Assembly: GCF_006345805.1 (NCBI RefSeq) | Contig: NC_043013.1 | Location: 51,894,001 to 51,958,000 of the forward strand | DNA length: 64,000 bases | Reading direction: 5' to 3' | Source of the DNA: Octopus sinensis | Lineage: Eukaryota | Part shown: one piece after another, positions 1 to 12,891 of the stretch | Layout of the letters: every line of letters starts with the position of its first letter | How positions within the stretch are numbered: the first letter of the stretch is position 1 | Notes under the pieces: generated by a model | The model's database searches: none | Seen by the model: the letters and a program-made list of their open reading frames with translations, nothing else | Told to the model about the DNA's origin: nothing | Program-made: the position numbers and the translations under genes

Positions 1-20
1 GGTTTAAAATCCTCTGAACA

Positions 21-316
21 TGGTTTTGCTCTGATGAGAAAAATTTCAACGAAGACCAATAGTCTAACAGAAGAAATGTACCCAGGGTGATGCCAACTGT
101 GTTTCCAGCAATTATGGTAGTTTTAAGAATAACGAAGATCATTATGCCTCCTCACATCTTTCCACAGGAAATGCTGAGATGCTGGGGAGAGTTGCTAAAC
201 CCTGAATGGATGAAACACGCAGTGGACGGTTGTACGTTTTTCACCAAATCTCAACATTTTTTCACAAAAACCAGATAAGCCAAGTATGGATGTCAAACAA
301 TTTTTATGACCATGTA
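21..316 (+). pseudogene. Decayed Tc1/mariner transposase fragment (maT/DD37D-like catalytic region)
   Basis: Manual translation WFCSDEKNFNEDQ*..VPRVMPTVFPAIMV..IMPPHIFPQ..WM..NFYDHV resembles the FSDEK..F...VPRV..KFPA.MV...MPP.FF motifs of maT-type transposases; contains stops and frameshifts. Confidence 0.7.
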
Positions 317-346
317 ACAGCAAAATTGCGGCTTTCTCTGTTATTT

Positions 347-485
347 ATTCTTTTACTTGTTTCAGTCATTTGACTGCGGCCAAATCTACCCCAGGACTTA
401 TTCTTTGTAGTCCTAGTGCTTATTCTGTCGGCTTCTTTTGCTGAACGGCTAGGTTACGGAAACGCAAACACACCGACATATATAC

Positions 486-542
<57 letters not shown>

Positions 543-790
543 GGGGGACAAACACACACACATACGCGCCACACACATACATACACACACACACCACACA
601 CACAACACACACATATATATATATACTGGGATTCTTTTAGTTTCCGTCTACCCAATCCACTCACAAGGCTTTGGTCAGCTGTAATAGAGGCTGTAGTAGA
701 AGACATTTTTCCAAGGTGTCACGCAGTGGGACTGAACCCAGAACCGTGTGCTTGGGAAGTAAGCTTCTTACCACACAGCCACGCTCGCAC
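347..790 (-). mobile_element. tRNA-derived SINE family A copy with internal (TA)n
   Basis: Matches many copies in the window; reverse strand has A-box-like TGGCTGTGTGG and B-box-like GGTTCAGTCC head. Confidence 0.85.
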
Positions 791-1126
791 TTCTGCTAGA
801 TTAGATTCGTTTTATTAAATTATTAAATAATCCCCCCAAACAGATCACGCACCCTGTACATACATACATACACACACATGTGTATGCGTACGTAACTATG
901 TATGTATGTATGTATGTATGTATGTATGTATGTATGTATGTATACAATTACAAACATTGTATATACATCACATATACGATTTCACACCGAGGAATTTCCA
1001 GGAAAATACCCATACTTATACAAGGAGGTGAGTCACATTCAAAACATCGTTTCCTTTTGATGGGTAATAACACACACAGTCACTGGCAAACGCTCATACA
1101 GGCATACACTAATGCTTAATGCATAC

Positions 1127-1159
<33 letters not shown>

Positions 1160-1171
1160 ATATATATATAT

Positions 1172-1488
1172 ATATAAAATATTATTCGAGACAAAACCAC
1201 TATTTTGCAAAACAAACAAGGAAAGACTTAATCAATACATAAATTTTAATAAATAGTCAAAAAAAACCGCCACTACAATCGTTTCTTGTCTTGATCGACA
1301 ATCTTCAGGTGGACTTCCAATAAGTCAGTTTGACTTATTGGAAGTCCACCTGAAGATTGTCGATCAAGACAAGAAACAATTGTAGTGGCGGTTTTTTTTT
1401 TTACTATTTATTAAAATTTTATGTATTGATTAAATATTTCCTTGTTTGTTTTGCCAAATAGTGGTTTTGTCTCTAATTAATATTTTAT
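1172..1488. repeat. Foldback element: about 150-bp inverted arms around a 3-nt loop (centre about 1329)
   Basis: ...GGACTTCCAATAAGTCA gtt TGACTTATTGGAAGTCC...; arms pair out to about 1172/1488 with few mismatches. Confidence 0.95.
1346..1388 (+). ncRNA. Minimal type I hammerhead ribozyme motif (mirror copy on minus strand at 1270-1312)
   Basis: CCAC-CTGAAGA-TTGTC gatcaa GACAA-GAA-ACAATTGT-A/GTGG: 4-bp stem I, 5-bp stem II, palindromic stem III, GUA triplet. Confidence 0.65.
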
Positions 1489-1573
1489 AATATTTTACTA
1501 TAAAATTGGATTTAATCCTAAATCTGATTTTTTCCCTGTAATTTGGATTTATTCCCTAATTATTTAATTTATA

Positions 1574-1644
<71 letters not shown>

Positions 1645-1844
1645 TGCACACACACACACAAACACACGCATATATGCATAGTATACGTATCAACAATAAT
1701 AATAAGGATTATTACAAAGTAGCATAGCGTTAACTTTATATATAAATCCTTAAATCCTTAAAAATGTTTTAGCCCGAAGGCCGCGGCCATGCTGGGGCAC
1801 CACCGCTGGATATTATATAAATATATATTATATATATATATACA

Positions 1845-1880
<36 letters not shown>

Positions 1881-2420
1881 TATATATATATTATATATAA
1901 TATATATACAGCTTTACTTAGACCTACATATGTTTCGACTGCACCAATTAGTAACCGATGCAATTGCAAACCTATATATATATATAGGTTTGTCTCTCCT
2001 TGTTTGGCCCCTCTATGTTTAGCCCCCTGTGAGCAATAAAGAAATAAATATTTTCTCCCCATATACAAATTTTATGGAATGATGTTCCCTCTTGACAGGA
2101 TAAAGAAATGTCCCGCTGTCTTTGCAAGTAACAAGCGGGTGGATTTGGTTTCAAATCCAGGCAGAGCCAGACGAGGTCCTACAAGTTATTTATGGTAAGT
2201 GGCGTTTATCGGGGCTGGAAGAATGACGCGAACAATATTAAATATGCTAAGACAATCTGAAAACAATAGAAACTTTAAAACGTTTACAGGTTTTTATGAA
2301 ATTTGGGGGTTAACGTAAGGTTAATGTAAGGGAAGTCAATTAGTCCGATTATGATTTTGAAAGTTAACTTAAAAGTTAAATCGATAACGGACTTATGTCC
2401 AGCTGTGTGTGTGTGTATAA

Positions 2421-2820
2421 ATAGGTATACAAGAGTGGCTGTGTGGTAAGTAGCTTGCTTACCAACTACATGGTTCATTTCCACTGCGTGGCACCTTGGG
2501 CAAGTGTCTTCTATAGCCTCGGGCCGACCAAAGCCTTGTGAGTGGATTTGGTAGACGGAAACTGAAAGAAGCCCGTCATGTATATATATATATGTTTGTA
2601 TGTATGTGTATATGTTTGTGTGTCTGTGTTTGTCCCCCCAACATTGCTTGACAACAGATGTTGGTGTGTTTACGTTCCCTTAACTTAGTGGTTTGGCAAA
2701 ACAGATCGATAGAATAAGCGTCAGTTTTGCAAAGAATAAGTCCTGGGGTCGATTTGCTCGACTAAAGGCGGTGCTCCAGCAAGGCCGCAGTCAAATAACT
2801 GAAACAGGTAAAAGAATAAA
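2421..2820 (+). mobile_element. SINE family A, near full length
   Basis: tRNA-like head GAGTGGCTGTGTGGTAAG..., central microsatellite, tail ...GAAACAGGTAAAAGAATAAA. Confidence 0.9.
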
Positions 2821-2860
2821 TGTGGATGTTATACGTAATTGTTTATCTTTTATGTTTTAT

Positions 2861-3060
2861 TTCTTTTCAGACATTAAACTGCGGCCATGCTGGGGCATCA
2901 CCTTAAAAATTTTATTTGAACAAATCGAAACCAGTACTTATTATTTTATTTTCCAGTATGAAACTTGTTCTATCGCACAACTTTTGCCGAACCGCTAACT
3001 TACTGGGGCGTAAACAAACCAACACTGGTTGGCAAACAGTGGTGGTGGGACAACAATCGT

Positions 3061-3093
<33 letters not shown>

Positions 3094-3312
3094 CATACAT
3101 TCGTACATACATACACACATACATATACGAGTGGCTTTCGAACAGTTTCCGCCTAAAGGTTTCCATACAGTTTCCGTCTACCAAATTCATTCACAAGGCA
3201 TTGATTGATTCGTTGCTAAAGTAGATGACACTTGTAGAGGACGCCGTACTGTGGAACGGAACCCGAAACCACATGGCTGCAAGGCGAGTTTCTTACCCAC
3301 ACGACCATGCCT
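2861..3312 (-). mobile_element. SINE family A, diverged; inverted relative to the 2421-2820 copy
   Basis: Reverse-complement similarity to family A across tail, (CA)n centre and head. Confidence 0.8.
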
Positions 3313-3646
3313 TCGACTATGTAATCTACTTCCATTCGCTGTAAAATGATCTTTCATCCTTACGAGACGATGCACTGGGGCAGATTTAACGTTTATTAAT
3401 TAGATCACGTGGGCAGATTGCGTGGGCGGAGGTAGCGGCAGAAGTGCCGAATGTTATAGAAAGTGGGGTGGTAAGTAGGGTGGAAGGGGTGGTGGTAACT
3501 TACTAAGTGAGTGGCGTGGGTGGATCGCTTTGTACTTTAGATTCTGTTGCTAAGAAGATACATTTCGATGAGTTTTTAATTAAAATCGGAAATAAGAGAA
3601 AATCAAATTTAGAAAACGATGCGTCTCACTGTAACTACAAACAAGC

Positions 3647-3651
3647 TATTA

Positions 3652-3686
<35 letters not shown>

Positions 3687-3726
3687 TAATAATAAACTAT
3701 AATATAAATAAAATAATGATAATAAT

Positions 3727-3772
<46 letters not shown>

Positions 3773-3985
3773 TAAACATCCTTGTACTCCAGAAGATCAG
3801 TATCCTGGGAAGAACTCACAAACTCAGAAAGATGTTCTCAATTAAATGGTAACAACACATTCTTTGGTGCCAAGGTTTGAATCCTGGTTCTATAAGAGAG
3901 GAACAGCAACAGGAATCAGTTGTTGATGATGAAGATGATGTTGACGATAATGAAAGTAATAATGATAATAATAATAATAATAATG

Positions 3986-4052
<67 letters not shown>
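3647..4052. repeat. Two (AAT)n tracts (3647-3772 and about 3958-4052)
   Basis: Direct inspection. Confidence 0.95.
3775..3900 (+). mobile_element. 3' stub of an RLE-type (R4/Dong/NeSL-group) non-LTR retrotransposon
   Basis: NILVLQKISILGRTHKLRKMFSIKW* (3775-3852) resembles the LQK..ILG..HILRK.L C-terminus of RLE ORFs. Confidence 0.55.
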
Positions 4053-4054
<2 letters not shown>

Positions 4055-4055
<1 letters not shown>

Positions 4056-4250
4056 AGAGATTGTAGAAGACAAAGACGACAGTTTTACTTGTAGTAATTG
4101 ATGCACTTGGCACAATACCCAAAATGCTACCCAAAAGACTGAAAGAGACTGGAATTGTGACCCGCATTGTTGCCCTGCAAAAAAGTACCATCCTATATTC
4201 TGCCAGACTCCTAAGAAAGATTCTTGAGGTTTTTGGTGACATCTAAAATA
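4055..4250 (+). mobile_element. 3' stub of an RLE-type non-LTR retrotransposon
   Basis: KRL*KTKTTVLLVVIDALGTIPKMLPKRLKETGIVTRIVALQKSTILYSARLLRKILEV fits the RLE C-terminal V..V.IGALG...LQK..L..ARILRK motif. Confidence 0.75.
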
Positions 4251-4929
4251 GCACGTAATAGTTTTAATGGAAATAATGATAACCATACCATTCAGGAAAC
4301 CAAGTGCCTACCCGTAAGACGGTTCGAACTTTTGGAGCAGATTTGCAAAGCTTGAATTTCCGCATAAATCCAGCGTGCCTCTAGGATGCCAATCCAGTCA
4401 CCCGTTAGCAGTCAGGTGATGGACGTTTCCAAGAATAAGTTTAGAAACATGTCGGAGATTTCTCTAATCCAGTTGAGACATAGACGGCCACAAGTACAGA
4501 AGGTAACGCTTCCGCTGTTATTTTATATATAAGACAATCGGCTTACGATCCGTGCTCAGAAAGATCGCCCGTGCCTCGAGGCACCGACCTATGCGAAAGA
4601 ACACTAACGTGCCGCTCAATCTAGGCTGCCGGACTCTAGCGTACTCCGCGTTGTTGCCATAATTGCTTGCGGGAATTCTGAGGTCATTTAGCAAATCACT
4701 GCTTCTACGTTCATCACGGGCCATGTAAATTCACAGAAATAACTGGAGAAGAGACACAACTCACACATTTTCGGCTCAAGTTTTTGTCTTGGAGAGGAAG
4801 GGGTTTTCTATAAAGCACTTCCAGAATATGGTGTGTAGCATAAGTGTATACTAAATGAGTAGCGAAATTGTGTAGCAAGAGTGTGTAAGACATATGTGCC
4901 AAAGAAGTGTATCGTCGAAGCGTGTTGGT

Positions 4930-5075
4930 CAGTGGTTCTCAACCAGGGCCCATGCGAGTCTTGGGGCTCCATATGGTAATTGGAGGTCCATCTAAGATTT
5001 TGTTGTTAAAATTCATGTGCAATACATTGCTTATATTTCTGTTATACAAAATATAAAAAAAATTTTTTTTCATAC
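4930..5075 (+). mobile_element. 5' part of an hAT-like MITE
   Basis: Starts CAGTGGTTCTCAACC, the same terminal inverted repeat as the elements at 11130 and 15152; no right end found. Confidence 0.55.
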
Positions 5076-5084
5076 AATTCCTAA

Positions 5085-5444
5085 TATTTCTTTCTACTAA
5101 AGGTACAAGGTCTGAAATTTTGGGAGAGGGAACTAGTTGATTTCATCGATCCTAGTGCGTAACTGGTACTTAATTTACCGGCCCCGAAAGGATGAAAGGC
5201 AAAGTCGACCTCGAAGGAATTTGAACTCACAACGTAAAGACAGACGAAATTCAAGGGGCTAAATACAGAGAGGACAAACAAGGACAGACAAACGGATTAA
5301 GTCGATTATATCGACTCCAGCGCGTAACTGGTACTTATTTAATCGACCCCGAAAGGATGACAGGCAAAGTCGACCTCGGCGGAATTTGAACTCAGAACGT
5401 AGCGGCAGACGAAACACCGCCAAGCATTTCGCCGGGCGTGCTAA
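5085..5444 (-). mobile_element. SINE family B with internal tandem duplication
   Basis: Two consecutive copies of the CCCCGAAAGGATGAAAGGCAAAGTCGACC...GAATTTGAACTC core; tRNA-like head on minus strand. Confidence 0.85.
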
Positions 5445-5713
5445 TAATATTTAATTCTAGAAGATATAATCAAATTTTTTAAAACATCGAACGGGCTATG
5501 AGGGTCTATCCCGAGTAAGACATGAAACAAAGGGATCCATAGGTAAGGATAAAAGATGGATGAAAACCACTTGTATAGATGATGTGAGGAGGAGAAATGT
5601 GACTGAATAGTACAGCATCAGTATGTGTTTAGAAGCATCAAGAGCGACAGTGAAATGGAAATATGTCCTCTGTCTGTCTGTCTATTTGTCTGACTGTTTA
5701 TCTATTAAAATAG

Positions 5714-5714
<1 letters not shown>

Positions 5715-5799
<85 letters not shown>

Positions 5800-5800
5800 A

Positions 5801-5843
<43 letters not shown>

Positions 5844-5867
5844 ATATATATATATCTATCTACCTAC

Positions 5868-5925
<58 letters not shown>
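5715..5925. repeat. (TCTA)n tetranucleotide tract
   Basis: Direct inspection. Confidence 0.95.
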
Positions 5926-6774
5926 GTCAGTCTATCTATCCATCCAACTATCTATCTATCTATCTATTTATCTAGCCATATGACTGTTTATCTGTCTATT
6001 TGCAAGTTTCAAGATAGATAGATAGGTAGATAGATAGATAGATAGATAGATGGACATAGGTATACATATGCATATATAATTACATACACACATATGTATA
6101 TATAGATATGCATATACATGTGTATACATATGTACATATATGTATATGTACATATATATATATGTGTATGTGTGTGTGTGTGTGTGTATGTATACGAATC
6201 TATCTATGTCTGCATGTAAGTATATGAGTTTGAGAGCGTGTCTATATATAAGTGGGTGTGCAGATGAATGTAAGTTAAAACGGAATTTGTGACATCCAGA
6301 ATGAATCCAGGGTGGATATATGGTCGAGAGAATTGGATAAATATGTTTTTGTGTTTAAGTAAGCGTTTCTTCACCACGGAAAAATGTCTGTCTGTCTGTC
6401 TGTCTGTCTGTATGTATGTATGTATGTAATGTATGTATGTATGTATGTATGTGTGACTTCACGTCTGTGTGTCTGGCTACGACCATCTCACTTCCTCTTT
6501 GCCTATCAATCATTCAGAATGTCACAATGTGGGCTCAGCTTCAAGTCCCTATGTATCCATATTTGCCACCCTACCGTTCTCTCTCTCTCTCACTCTCACT
6601 CCCTCAGTGTCTACCTCTCCATATATCTATATATCATATGTATACACACACACATACAGACACTCGTATATATACACATACATACACATACATTTATATA
6701 TATACAAATACATACATTTATATGTATATATAAGTGTATATATATGTGTCTGTGGCTGTATATATATATATGTA

Positions 6775-6810
<36 letters not shown>

Positions 6811-8389
6811 TGTATGTATGTATGTATGTATGTATGTATGTATGTATATGAAACGCTATTGCCGTACTCATGGTTCCTGTCTAGTATCTGAGAATTAGGG
6901 CACAAAGAAGTCAAAGAGCTATAGAGATCTACATTCGTTGAAATTAGACATAAAAAAACAAGATGACGTCATGTCTGACGTCACCACCGCTATGTTTGTT
7001 GCCCTGGTGCGATTCATAAATATCTTAGCCTCTAAGATATTTTACCCTTTTTTTTTACCATTTTATATTGAAGCATAATGTAAATACACTATGTGGTTAG
7101 GCTTGACTAATTGTTTGTCTTCTTCATTAGAGAAATATTACATATATCCTGCAAGCAGAGATTGGGACTTTTTAACCACAGCGTATTCATACTACAGAAT
7201 CCAACCAAATCTACTGTGCCCTGTTTCAAATTGGAACTCTTCATGCAATGCTCAGTTTAACATCACCAATTGTGTTTTGGCCCAGTCCACTGAGATAAAG
7301 TTTCTAGCATTCGGACAAGATTACTGGCACGAAGAAACCCAAGATCTTCCTCCATTTCAAAACAGGCGAATAAAAGAACGCAAAAAATATCTATATAAAT
7401 TCTAAATCATTTTAAATGGAGAGGGATCATATTTAAAATATATTAGAGAAACAAGATAATAAGTGAATATTTCAGAAAAAACGCACGTACTCTTATCTAC
7501 ATCTGCAAAAGCAATCAAACTGTTATTTAAGAAGAACAAATTATTACAATATCATTTGGGAGAAGTATAACATGTTTCGCCACATAATTGAGTTGACATT
7601 TCGATTCCGCTATATTGTGTTCAGTTGTACATACGAGACTTTAGTTTACAAGACGAAAGCCAGCCTTAACTAACATAGCACATAGTTTCATGCTTCAGTG
7701 TTTATGTAAAACAAAAACAGTAATTATGTGAGTATATCATAATGCACAGAGATGTTATGTTTGTGTGAAAGCTGAAGTTTTTAGGTTTGGCTGTTGAACT
7801 AGCGAGCAGTGAAAGAGAAACTGACAAACACACACAGGTGCACAGAGAAATATATACACAAGCACACACACACACGCACACACATACACACACACACATA
7901 TATATATACGTATATTCACATGCGTTACATATACGTAGATTCATGTAAAGCGTGTATACATACATACATACATACCTACATACATACATACATACATACA
8001 TGCATACATACATACATATATATATATATGTGTATATATATATATATTCATGTTAGTGTGCGCGCGCGCGTACATACACACACACACAAAATTGTTCACA
8101 TTTCTAAACCTTAACACTCCTAAGTAGTTACTCTGGCACTTTTGTACATGTATATATCAGTATGTATACATACATATAATATATATAGCATATAGGCACG
8201 TGTAATTATGTAATTATGTCTTTCAAGAATTGCACTAATTATCTCTCCGAAGACAGGACTAACAAATGACATCACATATAAATTAACATGGCGGATATCT
8301 TATTTAACAACAATATTGGCACTGATACACATGCTATCACGCGTCTCTGTCTCTCTTACTCTCTCTCATTACATCTGTGTGTGTATATA

Positions 8390-8435
<46 letters not shown>

Positions 8436-8510
8436 GTGTGTGTGGGGGGGCATAGATATATACATATATCTGTCTGTACATATACATACATGCATACATA
8501 CATACATACA

Positions 8511-8544
<34 letters not shown>

Positions 8545-8709
8545 AGTGGGTCCATATATTTTTGCAAGTATCTATGTTCTTGTGTATATATATGAATATG
8601 TATATAGATATATGTATATATATGCATATATCTATTATATGTGTATATGCCTGCTTCTCTGTCAGTATACGTCTGCGTGTATATGTGTACGCGTATATCG
8701 ACATCTTTT

Positions 8710-8932
8710 ATTTTTTATCGTTTACCGGTTCCACTTATTAGACTGCAGTCATTCTGGGGCACCGCCTTGAATTTTGAGTCGAATAAATTGACCCCAGTAC
8801 TTATTCTTTGTAAGCCTAGTATTTATTCTATTGGGCTCTTTTACCGAACCGCTATATTACGGGGACGTAAACACACTAACACTGGTTGTGAAGTTGTGAT
8901 AGGAGGACAAACACAGACACATTCATAGAGCT

Positions 8933-8976
<44 letters not shown>

Positions 8977-9143
8977 TATCAGACGGGCTTCTTTCAGTTT
9001 CCGACTACCAAATCCACTGACAAGGCTTTGGTCGGCCTGAAACTATAGTAGGAGACACTTGCCCAAGGTGGCATGCAGTGGGACTGAACCTGGAACCATA
9101 TCGCTGGGAAACAACCTTCTTACCACACAGCCACTCATTTGCC

Positions 9144-9146
<3 letters not shown>
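8710..9146 (-). mobile_element. SINE family A copy
   Basis: Similarity to other family A copies; central (TA)n. Confidence 0.85.
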
Positions 9147-9178
<32 letters not shown>

Positions 9179-9494
9179 TGTGTGTGTGTATACGCATGTG
9201 TTTATGCGTGAATTGTATGTAAGTGTGTGTGTGTGTGTGTGTGTGTACGACACTGAACATCTTTTTGAATGGAGGAAACAATGAATGAATATATAAGAAC
9301 ATATAAACAGCATCTGGACATAGATTGTGATACAATGGTAATAGTAATACTACTACTACTAATAATAATAATACTTTTTAATAATAGTAATACTAAGAAG
9401 ATGAAGAAGAAGGAGGGGAGGAGGAGGAGAAGGAGGATGCGGAACAGTAGAGGAGAAGAAGGAGGAAAAGAAGTGCAACAATTATAAAAACAAC

Positions 9495-9515
9495 AACAAC
9501 AACAACAACAACAAC

Positions 9516-9549
<34 letters not shown>

Positions 9550-9731
9550 TAATATAATAATACTTTTTAATAATAGTAATACTAAGAAGAAGAAGAAGGG
9601 GGGGAAGAGGAGGAGGAGGAACAGTAGGAGAGAAGAAGAAAAAGAAGTGCAACAACAACAACAACAATAATAATAATAATAATGATGATGATGATGATGA
9701 TAAAATAATAATAATAATAATAATAGTAATC

Positions 9732-9776
<45 letters not shown>

Positions 9777-9875
9777 TAATGATAATAATAAAAATAAAAA
9801 TAATAATAATAATAATGATAATAATAAAAATAATAATAATAATAAAAATAATAATAATAATAATAAAAATAATAA

Positions 9876-9906
<31 letters not shown>

Positions 9907-9910
9907 AATG

Positions 9911-9950
<40 letters not shown>

Positions 9951-9955
9951 TGATC

Positions 9956-10010
<55 letters not shown>

Positions 10011-10040
10011 TAATAATAATAATAATAATAATAATAAATT
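9495..10040. repeat. Compound (AAC/AAT/GAT)n tract
   Basis: Direct inspection; source of the poly-I/Y/L ORFs. Confidence 0.95.
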
Positions 10041-10708
10041 AATGAATACATAAGCAAACAAATAGGTAAACGGATATGTGTGTGTCTGTGTGTGTGTGTG
10101 TGTGTATAAAAAAGAAATGAAAAAGAGAAGTGCAGTAAGTTTTGTATTTCATTTGAAACAGGAAAAGAGAGCGACAACAAAATAATATATCACTTTATGT
10201 TGAAACATGGAACAAACAACAGCTACTTACCTGTCAAGATGGCGGCACACAAACAACAACAACAACAGCAATAACAACAGTAGTTGTATTACAAACAATA
10301 ATGTTTAATGGAAATAACATTTGAAATGAGCTGGCTAAGAGTTGTAGAAAAGAAGGCCAGAGCTTACGTACGTATGCATACACACACATGTATATTAGAT
10401 AGATACACACACACATATACATACACACATACACACATACAAACATCCGGGCACAGGAATTTCTACTGTGAAGACAATTATGTATCACATCACTACATAA
10501 CTTTGTCTGGTGAAACGACTGGCTTGTGTGTGTGTGTGTGTGAAGGTGTGTGTGTGTGTGTGTGAAGGTGTGTAACTTTATATACACACCAATGGATATG
10601 TTTGCGTACGTACCCGTATACATAAGTACATCCACAAACACACGCATACTCATACAGACATACACGCACATGTATGTATATATATAACATACATAAACAT
10701 ATGTAGGA

Positions 10709-10751
<43 letters not shown>

Positions 10752-11129
10752 AATATATATAATATATGTGTGTGTATATGTATGTATGCATGCAGATATA
10801 TATCTGTATGTATGTCTATATATATATGTATGTATGTCTATATATATATGTATGTATGTATATATATGTATGATATATATATACTATTTATGTATATTAT
10901 ATATAAATATATATATATATGTATATATATATAATATATATATGTATACATATATATAAGTATATGTATATATACGTGTATGTGTATATATAATTATACA
11001 CGTGCGCTCATACACACACACTCTGAAAAAGATAGAATATGTGGTGCACGCCAAGGTTCTCGTACATGACCCACACTATTCTCTACATACCTGTCTCTTA
11101 CTTGTAACGGCTTTCACTGTTGTTCAGAT

Positions 11130-11745
11130 CAGTGCCTCTCAACCATTTTCCCCGATGAGACTCTTTTGGTTCCTACTTTTCTTAGGCTTTCGATGTTTAA
11201 AAAATCCTATAATGCAATCATAATAAGGAATTGTATTAAAAATTGTTTAATATGTTTTGTGTACTGTGGAAGCATAATCACTTATTTGGACAGGTGCAGG
11301 CGTGGCTGTGTCGTAAGAAGCTTGCTTCCCAACCACATGGTTCCGGGTTCAGTCCCACACCTTGGGCAAGTGTCTTCTAGTATAGCCTCGGGCCGACCAA
11401 AGCTTTGTGAATGGATCTGGTAGGCAGAAACTGAGAGTAACCCATCGTGTGTATATATATTTATGTGTGTGTGTCTGTTTGTCCCCCACCCACCACAATC
11501 GTTTGACAACCGATGTTGTTTTGTTTACGTACCCGTAATATAGCAGTTCGGCAATAAGGAACCGATAGAATAAGTACTAGACTCACAAAGAATAAGTCCT
11601 GGTGTCGATATGTTCGACTAAAGGCGGTGCTCCTGCATGGCCGCAGTCAAATGACTGAAACAAGTAAATGAATAAAAAAAAATAAAGTTAATAACATCTT
11701 ATGTGGACCCTCAACGGCTATATAGACCCCGGTTGAGAAGCACTG
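11130..11745 (+). mobile_element. hAT-like MITE interrupted by a SINE A insertion
   Basis: Ends CAGTGCCTCTCAACC and GGTTGAGAAGCACTG are inverted repeats; 8-bp flanks match only 5 of 8. Confidence 0.6.
11291..11675 (+). mobile_element. SINE family A nested in the hAT-like MITE
   Basis: Head-to-tail similarity to family A. Confidence 0.85.
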
Positions 11746-12190
11746 GTGTAAATTGATGGTACAACCGCTTTCGACCGTTAACGCCTCCTTCCGGCAGTGA
11801 GGTGGTAGAATCGTTGAACAAAATGTCCTGCGGCATTTGTCCAGTCTTGCCGCACTCCTGAGTTCAAATCCCACTGGCGCAATTTTCCTTTTCAGTCCTT
11901 CAAAATCACTGCAAAGAATCGGAAAACTACAAAGGTAACCATTCTCATCTTTGTGCCTGGAAAGCACAGTGAGTGGCTTTTATATTTGTAACCATTCGAA
12001 AGAAATATTCCAAGAAGGCAGCTTCAGGAAAGATATCGATAATACGTGGAAGATAAGCCACAGGTATGTGGCGTATTTTTAATCTCTTTTACTTCTTTCA
12101 TTCATTAAACTGTGGACAGACTGCGACCCCACCACGAAAGGTTTACTCGAACGAATCCATCCCAGGAGTTATTTTCTCAAGAATATTATA

Positions 12191-12575
12191 AGGCGGTGAA
12201 CTGGCAGAATCGTTAGCAAGCCGGGCGAAATGCTTAGCGGTATTTCGTCTGCCGTTAAGTTCTGAGTTCAAATTCCGCCGAGATCGACTTTGCCTTTCAT
12301 CCTTTTCGGGATCGATAAATTAAGTACCAGTTACGCATTGGGGTCGATGTAATCGACTTAATCTCTTTGTCTGTCCTTGTTTGTCCACTCTATGTTTAGC
12401 CCCTTGTGGGTGGTAAAGAAATAGGTATTATGTCAGTCTTTATATTCTGAGTTCAAATTCCGACGAAGTCGACTTTGCCTTTCATCCTTTCGGGGTCGAT
12501 TAAATAAGTACCAGTTACGCACTGTATGTCCTCTCTGTGTTTATCCCCTTGTGGGTAATAAAGAAATAGGTATTT
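12191..12575 (+). mobile_element. SINE family B with duplicated 3' half
   Basis: Head GGCGGTGAACTGGCAGAATCGTTAG (A box) and GAGTTCAAATTCC (B box); core repeated at 12445-12575. Confidence 0.9.
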
Positions 12576-12858
12576 CATCAGTGGGAAGCGTTTAGTCACA
12601 ACACACACACACTACACACACACACACACACATACACACACACACACCTATATATATTCTGTTGTGTCTGAGGAGAGTCATTCTCTTTTGGTGCGTTACA
12701 ATTTAACACGCTGACCGGTAAAATTTTCACTTATTTCCTTTTTTTTTCTAAAATTTTCATTGCGTCTTGCAACCTTTTCAATAGTTTTGCTTCAACACAA
12801 ACTCACATAAAGAATCTTGGAAACCAAATCCCAAAACGAAATGTGTGTGTGTGTGTGT

Positions 12859-12885
<27 letters not shown>

Positions 12886-12891
<6 letters not shown>

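Noticed and set aside
3380-3520. E-box CACGTG plus GC box and a G-rich run as a promoter
   Set aside because: Short motifs expected by chance, with no linked gene or TSS evidence.
4386-4502. Short ORF MPIQSPVSSQVMDVSKNKFRNMSEISLIQLRHRRPQVQK ending at a donor-like AG|GTAACG
   Set aside because: No recognisable homolog or downstream exon, and it overlaps a segment that may be a retrotransposon 5' region.
7091-7405. 104-aa non-repetitive ORF
   Set aside because: No recognisable domain or splice context; the length is compatible with chance.
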